From Kudoa neothunni (taxonomy: Eukaryota > Animalia > Cnidaria), in the NCBI GenBank assembly GCA_964304625.1, contig OZ199839.1:7835166-7899165 (forward strand): a stretch of 64,000 nt of DNA, given 5' to 3'. Shown piece after piece: positions 39,993-51,108 of this stretch; the first letter of the stretch is position 1; each line of letters opens with the position of its first letter. The position numbers were made by a program, and so were the translations under genes. The notes beneath the pieces are model-generated. The model searched no databases, was not told where the DNA came from, and was given only the letters and a program-made list of their open reading frames with translations.

Positions 39993-41705
39993 ACATATTA
40001 CACCGAAACTATAATCACACAGATTTGATTGTTAATTTTAAACACGTTAATAAAAATTTTCACTTCTTTGTAATAGCAAAAATGTAAATTTTGTTGCTGT
40101 ATTAATCTGTGAATTACTTCTCACAGATATTTTTTACAATTCAATATATAAACCATTTAGAATGTATAATTTTGATTTTTCCATAACGTAGGTATGATTG
40201 GGAGATGAGAGCTGATTAGAGTTAACCAAGAAAATTTTTCGCAAATTTACCTAAGATATCTTTTAAAGTGTTTTTAATTCTACTTTTTACAAATTTTATT
40301 TAATAAATATAATTATATTTGAAAAAAAACAAAAAAATTAATCGATTTAATGAGTTATATACTTTATAATTATAAACAATATATTAATAAAAATAATATT
40401 TATAATAATTGTGAGATTTTTGAAATGTGGATAAATAGAATAAACCATGAATCTAAGTTTAAGTAAATATTTTCGATGTTCAATGTAAAAGAAATAAAAT
40501 AATCGTTATAATAAATCCAAAATGAATTTAGTTATTAAAATAATAAATTTGTAATAAAACTTTAAAAAAGTTTAGATTCAAAAATTTTTTGACAAGCGAA
40601 GAACCACGACATCATCCGACTAGTGAAATGAGACATTAATCCATAATTTTTATGTTACGTTCATGCTATATTTCTATATTATTTCATTCATTGTCTATTA
40701 TTATTATTATTGGATACCTAAATTCGACTGTGTGAAATTGAAATAAGAATTTAAGTCGAACTTTTGAAATAAATTTTGAAGGGTTAAATTTTATTATTTG
40801 TTGAATCTTTAAATATTTTTCCGTTTTTAAAGACATTCACATATAATGGTATGAGTTATTTGGCGAGCAGATTTGATTATAATATTAAAAATATATTTTT
40901 TTGTCACGCAGATTTAACACAAAGCACAAAGACAAAAATTAACGTAGGATCATAACAGATAAACGTTAAGCTCAATATGAGTAACAACTAAGTACAACAC
41001 TCACGTTTTCCGTGATCAAGATCTTTTCTGAGAAGACTCCGACAAATTATTTCCTCCGACGTTTGAGATATATTTTTAAAGCTAGAATAAACGATTCATT
41101 ATTTAAAATACATCTTATAATTATATTGCAATGGTTATTAAAAAAAATAAAATTATCTATGGAGAATTCAATGTACAATGGTAGTGATTAATAAGTTGTA
41201 AAGAACCTTAAGAGATTAATAGTTACAGAGAGGAGCGCATAGGTAAAAATCCATCGATCAGTTAATTAATTAAAATTATTACTCCACCTCTAAAGATATC
41301 AATAATTATATGTCTATTATGAGTTGGAACAAATTCATCAAGAGTTAATAAATGTATAAATATTTAATAAAGGAGATTAGAAAGAAAGTTCCGGAAGTCG
41401 GACCAATGTCACAAATGCAAAGCTAAAACATTTGTCAGACATCCTCTAAAATTTTTATTCCCTTCAAATTAATTTGATTTGTAAAAATACTCCTTTTAAT
41501 TCGTTCTTATATCAAGCATTTAACCAAATTTATATCTTTTATGATGATTTAGCGAAATTCATGAAACTTTTAGTAACCTTTACCCAGTTAAATAATTAAC
41601 ATCGCATTTGTATGAGTAGATTAGGATTTTAAGTGTTTTATCCACGCGAAACTTTATCAAATCTAGTCAACTGGTTAAAATTTGTAATCCTCAAAATTGT
41701 CAAGT

Positions 41706-43953
41706 ATGGAGTTAACAGAAATTTACGAAACAGAAGAACGAGCTCCCAAACGTATGTTACATTATACATATATTGAAATCATTTCCTATTAATAATAAAC
41801 GGATATTACTATTCATCAATTAACGGACCCAGAGTATACATTTTTCTAATGAAATTATTGCTCTTATAAGCAGCGATATTTATTAAACCCCCCAAAAAAT
41901 ATGCTTAATGTTATTTCAATTTCAAAACTACCTTCAATAATCAAAAATAAATTGTATATAAAATATTTCCTTGTTGAGGCTTAGAATTCAAGAGTTAATG
42001 CTTAATTCTCGTTATATTGAAATCTGTATAGTTGATTGTAGCTGATTGACTTGAAACAATATAATTAATCACATTTTAAAGGTCAACGGTAGTGATTTTT
42101 GGGATAAAGTTTCTACCATAACACGCTGTTTGATCATCGATTTTAACATTATTTTTGTTTGCTTGATGATTACGTCCGTTTGATCATGATGTTATTTTAG
42201 AAAGAGGAGACACTACTGTTCCCTTCTATGCTCCTAAACAACCATTGAACTGTTATTATGTTTTTGTTTCATCCTTCATCATCTTGGGTCCCTTCCTAAT
42301 GGGATGTATGATCAACGCATTAGCTAATGAACACGTATAATAATTTTAATTATGTAAAATTAAAATTACTCATTAATTGGGAAGTTTAGTTAATACTTTC
42401 GCAATTTGTCAAACTGAAATACAAAGAAGGAAATGAGACTGAATATGAACATTTAAAAAAAACACTACCAATAGGAGGACTTTTTCCACTTGGTGGTCTC
42501 GTTGGAGCTTTTCTTGGTGGTCTACTTGTCGACAAGTGTGGGAGGTAATTCACATAACTTAATCTATTTTTGAAAAAGACCATTAATTAAACAAAATTAC
42601 AGAAAGTACAGCACAATTTTTCTTACACAATTAATGATACTCGGAAACATTCTCAAGGTCATCTCTTTTTCATATAATATTTGGATATTATATGCTGGAA
42701 GATTATTTGATGGTATTGCTTCTGGAGGGTTAATGGTATCTTGTGTGAATTGGCTTCTTGAAATGCAGCCCACTAGATTACACTCTACTATTAAACCAAT
42801 CATTCAAATCCTTATTAATACAGGCATATTGGTGTTTGGATGTTTGATGACTGATTTCGCCTTTAACACCCAATGGTTTCTTGTGTATTGGGTTGCCATT
42901 GCTTTCTCACTGATATTAACAATCGCATCGTTTATACTACCTGAAAGCTACCAATTCATCTATCAGAAAACTCGAGACGAAAATACTGCTAGAGAGTATC
43001 TACAAAAAATTCGTGGTAGTGGCTATATGGAAGAGGAGTTGTTGAGTGTAGTCAATCAAGTCAAGAGTGCCAGCAGTGTTAAAAAAATGTCCATGATGAC
43101 ATTTATTAAAACTAAAAAATTCCGACCTGGCATAATCAGTGGAATCTATATCAACCTTGCCCAACAAATTACCGGTATCAACGCTATTGCAGCATTCACT
43201 GGAACCATTATTGAAAGTCTGCGAACACCTGAGGAAAATAAAGAAATTTCTAGCAAGCCTAATAGTGAACTAAGTGGCTCATTAATAGCCCAAAAATACA
43301 TCGGTTTACTCATTTTAGCTAGTGGTTTCTTGGGCTCTGTGATTTTTGTATTCGATAATAATTCAAGTTTTGTATATTATTTATAAATTTTAGGCAAAAT
43401 TTGTTTCAAACTATAGAAGAAAAATGATGTTGATCATTGGTTTTGCTGGTATGACTATTAGTTTTTCACTTACAATGTTACTCAACGCATGGGGTGCAAG
43501 TCCTATTGCTACTGGTGTTTGCCTGGCATCATTCTTCTTAATTTTCCAAGTTGGACCAGGTAATTCTGAAAACTTTAACTACAAATCCACACTCATTATT
43601 ATAACTATTTTAGGTCCTCTCGTTTGGTTTATCACCTCGGAAATGTTCCCAGCCGAAACGCACACCTCTGCTTTGAGTTTGACCACTGTAGCAAATTGGA
43701 TTGGAAACTCTTGTGTGTTTTTCCTTTTCCCAGTTGTAAAGGTATGTATATTATCTTTAATACTAATAATTTCGTATATGCATTTTGATATATTTTGGTA
43801 TTTTAGGGAATTATTGGAATAAAGTCACTTTACATTTTCATCGCGTTCAATGTTCTGACTCTATTCTTCCTCTCATTCTTGATGGAAGAAACCCTCGGCA
43901 AATCTCCAGATGAGGTTATTGCAAGCTACCAAAAACGCTGGCATATGTCATAA
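41706..43953 (+). CDS. SLC2A/GLUT-like transporter, paralogue 3
   Basis: Probable exon 1 MELTEIYETEERAPK|GTATGT (from 41706) is phase-compatible with the acceptor at 42200. Motifs: LGPFLMG, FPLGGLVG, DKCGR|K, AGRLFDG, LPES, QQITGIN, FQVGPG|PLVW, SEMFP, ANW and EETLGKS. Stop TAA at 43951-43953. Confidence 0.93.
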
Positions 43954-44039
43954 CCATCCGAATATTCGTTTCACTAAAATTATCACTATGATATACTATA
44001 TCTATATTTGGAAAAATTTTTGAGTAATTTAAAATTTTT

Positions 44040-46606
44040 GGTAATTATAAAGCTGGTGATACCTGAAAAACACCCCTTCGCGCATCTTTTTTGTCGCCGA
44101 TTTTTTTACGATTCTTATTAATAAAATAAATAAATAAATATGGAGAGCAAAATTGTCTCCACGTGTAATCTCTTTTTGTTTACAAAAACTTGCCAGTTTC
44201 ATTCTTTGCCACATATTTTAATATGTTGGTTGTATTAAATCACTTAAATTATTTTTTTACATTAAGAAATAAACGGATTTGCTAATGCCGCATTTTTTTA
44301 ACATGTGCTAATCCAAAATAGAGTCGTTAAGTTTTAAAGGCGATGATGACTTTTATTCGGTCATCAATGATTACAAAAAGTTCTAACATGTATTTGTTGT
44401 TAAGTTTTATCTACAAAAAGCTCCAACTCGCTAAAGCAATTGCAGGAATTCCAATTGCTTCACCCTTAGAAATCGCAAATTAAATGTTATCAGGTCAATA
44501 ACTGAACAGTCCGCGTAAGACAGAAATAACGGCCATTATTCTTTCACATAATATGTAAAAAATAACAGTTTATCTCAAGTCGCTGATTTTAAAAACAATA
44601 CGTGTAAAACTACTTTTTCCCCCCGAAATGGAACATTTTTCTCAAACTCTCTTATACTCGATCCGTCCCAGAACCTAACATTGAAAAAAATTTGAAAAAT
44701 ATTATATCGCTGGTGTATGGACGAAACTATTTTAAATACAACCAAAAAAGATAAGTCAAGTATGGCTAATGTTTCAGCGTACTTCAAAAAAATCCGACCA
44801 CTCTACAAATCACTACTCGAGAACAGAAATAAACTTTGTGGAGAAGGTTTCATTGTAGAAATTGATGAATGCCTCCTCCACGGAAAAAGGAAAAGTAACA
44901 GAGGTAGATATTATAAAGGAAACGTATGGAAAACTTCTCAAAATAAAGAATTTTTAAAGCTAGGTAATAAATCTAAAATTTGATATAATTCTTTATATAA
45001 CGTATTTCTTTCATTTAATAGATGCCGACGATGGAAGTGGTAGCGATTATTTCCCCACAGAAGTCGAATTTTTTGATGAATCCTTCGACAGTATTTTATG
45101 ATGTCATTACTTTATTAAATAATGTAAATAGACGCTGCACTAAGAAGAGGAAAATATAATGGAAGGTTTGACGTTCCTTGGATTTTTGGATCGGCTCAGT
45201 GTAAACTTGACGACATGGGAAAGAGGACTCTCGTATAAGTGAGGTACTTCTACGTAGAGAAGCGGAATTCGACGACACTTATGCCCATCATCGAAACGGG
45301 AATCCACAAAGGGTAAACCATATCCAGTGACGAATGGCCTCTCTATAATGGTATACGTGAGCTTGGCTATGATTATGCTAAGGTCAGCCACTTGCAGGGA
45401 TACGTGCAGAATGGTGCCCATACAAATATTATCGAAGGATGCTGGGGGAGGCGAAAAACAAAATTTCTTCGCATAAAACAAAGGGGGTATCATTCTCAAA
45501 TCTTTAGAATACCTTATTGAAGAATGGTACTGATTTATCATGGGCGAAGAAATAAATCTTCTCAACATTATAAGAACAATTTATCTTTGTTTTAATTAGA
45601 TTATTGTACATTTGTTTCTGAAAATATTCATATTTTAGTATTTTTTTGATGTTTAAAAAGTAGATTTCAACATAAATGGACAAATAAACTATTCCAATAA
45701 CGATAGGTTAGTTATTTAAGAATTCATTATATAAACTAATATTTACCACACAACATTTTTTGAATTTAGTTAAGGCAAAATTTTAATTTAATAATTTATA
45801 TATAAAAATAATTAAATGCTTGTGTACACTTAGCAAATTTGTTATAGCAGAAGAATTGTTCTTTTTAATTCACTAACAAGGAGATTTTGAAATCAGATAA
45901 GGATTATTTGACGAGAAATTCAAAAAATTGTAAAGTTCATTTATGGTAATTGAATAATTCTATATTCACATTCTCGATAAAATATTATATTTACATAAAA
46001 TAAGTTAGTAAATGTTAATAAAAAATGTTTTTTTCAACGTTTCAGATTTTTTACATTTACTCAAATGGAATAGTCCAGAAAATTGTGTATAACACTTTTT
46101 TATCTTTATTAGCTCATTTAAATATTTTTAAAAAATCGTATGTTTTAAATTTTGATATCTGCTGAATTATATTTATTATTTTATGACAAATATAACAGTT
46201 TATAATTTTTTTAGAAGATAACGGACACATTAAAATGCCAACTTTCAAAGTTAAATAATATAACTTTATCCAGTAAATATAAATTTACGAAAAAATATTA
46301 TAAACTAAACATCATGTTTTAATATAATAAATAGAAATGAGATTTACATTTCACCATTATAATGAGCACTTAAACTATCTTTTTAGTCAAATAATTATCT
46401 TAAAAAATAATTTCAGTGATTTAATATAACTAATATGTGACAAATAATGAAACTAAAAAGTTTTTGTAAACAAAAGGGAGATTACACGTGGGGACGATTT
46501 TTCTCTCCATATTTATTTATTTTATTAATAAGAATCGTAAAAAAATCAGCGACAAAAAAGATGCGCGAAGGGATGTTTTTCAGGTATCACCAGCTTTATA
46601 ATTGCC
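44040..46606 (+). mobile_element. Merlin/ISXO2-like DNA transposon with ~210-bp TIRs and a decayed transposase
   Basis: The TIR GGTAATTATAAAGCTGGTGATACCTGAAAAAC... (44040-~44255) is mirrored at ~46400-46606. Transposase motifs include CGEGFIVEIDECLLHGKRKSNRGR, WIFG, VEKRNSTTLMPII, SDEWPLYNG and HTNIIEGCWG, with stops and frameshifts. No clean target-site duplication (TSD). Confidence 0.92.
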
Positions 46607-47600
46607 GTTTTTATATAATAATGAATTATTTATAACCTAAAGAAAATTTAATATTGGTTTGAATATTAACGTGGAAGTTTAAAAGTAGAAAATAATCAGG
46701 TTTATGGGATCTTAAGCATTACTTCAAAATTATCTCATCAAATATAGAAAATTATTGAATTAATTATGCCAGTTGATTCGCAGGAAGTTTTAGGAAAATC
46801 ATAAAATCAGTAATAACCCCTAAGAAATATAGTTTCGATCGCAATCGTTAGATTTGATATAATTTTTTTTACAATTCAATCATTTTGATTAACTTTAATT
46901 TTCATTTAAAAACTTTAACAAACATTGAATTATATGAAAACTTTACATACATCTTACATCGGTTATAGAATGCGTATAGTCAAATCAAATTATTCAATGT
47001 AGGCAACAATTTATAATTATATATTTTATTTAAAAAGATCATAATCTTTTTTTGCTTAAATTTGTTCATAGCGCATGAAAAATGAATTTACACCTTAAAA
47101 ATTGTTATGGTCTCCACATTTTTAGGGAAAGGCATCATATATTGATATCTTTCAATTAATTTATTATTTACCTTCGAAACAAGGTTTACTGGTTGCTTTT
47201 GTTATCAGAGTTTTTATCAAACGAAAGAATATATCAAACATCTAGTTTATAAATGTATTATTCGAATGTCTCCTAACAATCCAAAGCATCACAGAATAAA
47301 AAATGTAGAAAGGTTAGCATTTATTCTATACTGAGATTATGCTGAATTTCTTTAGGATGAATAATTAAAAAGGCAGAACAAACAATTTATTATCGTATCG
47401 ATTTCTTCGATATAACAAATTTGAATTATTTATTTAATATAGAATTATTAAACAATGAAATGATTTGGGTGTTTAGTATATTAACTTACTATACTCAACA
47501 AGGATTAATCATGTCGTGAATGAATTAAACATTCAATAACAATGTTTACACACACATCGCCAAAAAGCGCTTATAAGAACTAATTATATTATTCATTGAT

Positions 47601-48983
47601 ATGTTCATTGCTTTAATATTTATTGCTTTATTAGAACTAGTATCTTTAGGTAATTACATATATGATATCATATTTTTATAAAATAAAAATAGAAAAAGCT
47701 TTGGATTCCTACGAAAACGATGTCGGAGCGGCTCCAGTTTGGATGGATGCAGAGAAAAAAAAGGCAGCTGTAGTTGAGAGATGGTATGTCGACAAAGCTA
47801 CCGCTAAGTGCAAAAAATTCCAATATTTGGGTTCTCTAGGAAATTTTAACAATTTCGTGTCAAAAGCTGTTTGCCAATATCATCGTAAATCGTAATATTT
47901 AAACTTCTTTAACTTCATTATTAGTAAAATTCACACCCGAAGAGCAATCCAAAGCGTGTGAATTACCTAAAAAAGTAGGTGTCTGCACAGTGGCTGAAGC
48001 AAATAGAGAAGAGAGGTGGTATTTTTCCAAAAATGCGGTTGGTACAGATACAGTGACGAATAAATGCCACAGTTTTAAATACTCTGGTTGCGGAGGAAAT
48101 GCCAATAATTTTATGACTGAACAGGAATGCAAAAATGCTTGTCAAAGTAAACAACTTTGAATCATTTTTTTTATAATATAATATTAAAAAATAAATGAAC
48201 TTGCTTTAGATAACAAGAATGGGAAAGTAGATGCCAGTGTTGACATTAACACTCTTACTGCAACTCCTAATAAGTTTGACTGCCTGTTTGCTGCTGAAGT
48301 AGATAATGCTACTCCCAAAATGGGAGTTGTACTACACAAAGACAAAAATAGATGTGTTTATGCTGCTGTTGGTCAAGATTCAACAAGAGGATTTTTTGAG
48401 GAACTACCAAAATGCGTAGAAACATGCATAAGTATTAAATTGTAATGATAAGAATGTGGTTATAATGGTAATCATTAGCGGATTTTGTTGCTGCTTGTGA
48501 TGCAACTGAACCATACCAAGAACCATCTAATACTGCTATAAGCAATGAAGAAAATGTTCAAGAATACTATTATTTTGACAAAAAAGACAAAGTATGTCGT
48601 CCCTTCTACTCAAAAAAAGAACGTGGAGAATCAGTTAAACTTGACGATGGCTCGAAAAATATATTTAGTTCTGTAGAGATATGTGCTAGTTTTTGTCCTG
48701 CGAGTACATTAATTATCTTTTTAATATTAATGTTTATTCGAATTTAGCTGGTCATCTTGGGGATTTGAAAGCGGTTGAAGCGTGTAAACAACCAAAAGTT
48801 GGTGAATGGACAAATGACGATAAATACAAATTACCTAGATTTTATTATGATACAACAACAACAACACCACCTGCTTGCAAATCGTTTGATTTCAACGGGA
48901 AGAAAATGAATTTGAATAACTTTAAAAACATTGGCGCCTGTCAGGCTATTTGCGGGACACCTTTAACTGCTGGTGGTGCATAA
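47601..48983 (+). CDS. Secreted five-domain Kunitz/BPTI-type protein, 381 aa
   Basis: Exons 47601-47649 (signal MFIALIFIALLELVSL), 47693-47884, 47925-48146, 48210-48431, 48479-48703 and 48748-48983 sum to 1146 nt, with all introns in phase 1. Domain 2 is canonical: CELPKKVGVC...RWYF...CHSFKYSGCGGNANNFMTEQECKNAC. The other domains keep (W/F)Y(Y/F)D, NNF and/or CxxxC remnants. Confidence 0.92.
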
Positions 48984-49228
48984 TTTGATGAGATATTTTC
49001 GCTTCAAGTCACAAATTATAAAGAACAGATATACATTAAATTGAATTGAATGATTTTTAATTTACTACTTTTTTCTCTGTTTGTATTTAAATATGTAGTA
49101 TTTTTCGATCAAGTTGCAAGCCGCTCACATATTTTGCCGTTATAATCAATTAGCCGTAGAAATTTTTCGTCTACATGATAGATTTTTGCGAAATTAAAAA
49201 TATTCTCCAACCGGCCTGACAAAAAATA

Positions 49229-50628
49229 CAGCCCAACAGGGCTCGGACGTAATAGGTCGGGAATGGGGTCTCATTAGTTAGAATCGCTGCATTACGTACG
49301 AGCCCTACATATGCACTGATGTTTTTCGGAAATTTTTATTGAGCCTTAATCATTGCTTTATGCATACTTAACTGATATAAATAAATGTTGGCATTATTGC
49401 GTATATTTTTATATTGAACGAATCGATAGTCTATTCGTGATCCAAAAAATTCTAAAGGAATTATGAAATGGACGGAGTAATTATGAAATTTCGAAAAATA
49501 CAAATAAATGGTAACAACTATTCTTATGCAATAAAATGTTTTTTTACTGTTTCTCGCTTGTTTGACTCTAGTATCTCATTATGAATTCACGTTATCCAAT
49601 TTATAAATATTTTTAAGAAATCAAATTTTTGGCGTCGTTCTTGAATTGATTATAATATTATGAACCTCCTTTCCGACACCAAAAATGCATTCAACTCGGG
49701 TCGAATTTGTTTGCTTTAATAACTTAAATATACTTAATATTCGAGAGCATGATTAAATGAAATAGATGGATTGACAATTTCCGATTAATCTTCATCAGAT
49801 GTGTTGCTATCATCTGTTTAATTGTTTTCCACACCCTTAATCAATTTTGAAACATTTTTTTAAAAATTCTTAGACAACCACTTTTCAAGAACATCATGAA
49901 GTTTCTCATTCCATCCAGAGCATGTTTTAGCAGGAAAGCTTCCAGCCTCAACATGAAACATAACATATTTTAAGTTAGCCTTATCTTTAAACCCTTTAAA
50001 CCTTCTACAGTTAAAATGATCGTTATTATTGTTACATTCCTTTGGAGTGAATCTTCTCGACATTGTAATGGTATTATCATTGTAAATATATCGCCATTCA
50101 CTCTTGTTTAAAATATCCATTTATAGATTTTGTTTTCAACATCACGGTTGAGGTTTATTTACAGTTTTTCGATAATTTTTCAAAAGTTCTAAACCTACTG
50201 ATTTAAAAATTACATCTATTATTAGAATCCCATTCAATGTTGACATTCTTTTCAGGCAATATTGACCCATAGTCATTTTTTTTAAATTTCTCAACTCGTG
50301 TACTGAATCGTAATATTGAATTAAAATTAATTTATATTTCTCAGAAAAGTTTTTGTAATTTCGATGTTAGATATATTTTGTTATATACGCGATTACACAC
50401 GAACCACACAAAGTGTACTTTCAGGTACAATTTCCATTACGTAGAATCGCTGCATTACGTACGAGCCATGTTTTTGATTTATTTTTTTACGGTGATCAAT
50501 ATTTTGTTTATTTACATTTATATCATATTTAAGAGTATTTTCTTTATTATAAGTAAGAACTAGATAGAAAATTCAAATTCAGTTTAGGATAAAAAAAGTC
50601 GCGATTACGTACGAGCCCTGTTGCATTG
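49229..50628. mobile_element. TA-flanked TIR element (~1.4 kb) with unassigned decayed coding cargo
   Basis: The left end TA|CAGCCCAACAGGGCTCGGACGTAAT pairs with the right end ATTACGTACGAGCCCTGTTGCATTG|TA. Internal copies of AGAATCGCTGCATTACGTACGAGCC are at ~49280 and ~50443. It contains ORF 49860-50120(-). Confidence 0.8.
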
Positions 50629-51108
50629 TAACTAAAAATCTGCACGCTCCAAAAAAATTCAAACATGAACATTTTCTTTTTGAATAACTACAAAAAAATA
50701 AGACTTGAACTTTTTTAGATAATTTTGACAACATGACGAAATTTTCTCTGGGCATTTCTCAGTGCATTCAATAAAGCTTTCGAATTTTTGATTATCTTTT
50801 TTATTACAGATATAAGTTGAGGAAAAGCTTCTTCGATAGAATTAAAAAACAGCGAATATGGAAGAAGAATCAATAATTTTTATTCGCTGTCTTCAATGAG
50901 CGTTCCCACAATTTCAGCTTATTGTGATTCTTCACCCAACGTGATAATGTAACGCGCAAGTGACTTGCAACTTGATCGAGAAATACTAATACTGTGCAGT
51001 GGGATCGTTTTTCAGTAATTCCAGGGGGACATAGAGAAGTTTTTGAAAATGTAACGTAGGTATATTTTCTGTAGTCACATACAAGCGCGGAAATATAAAA
51101 CACAACTA

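Noticed and set aside
44029-46635. Near-identical small ORFs 44029-44214(-) and 46447-46635(+) as a duplicated gene
   Set aside because: They are the two TIRs of the Merlin element read in mirror image.
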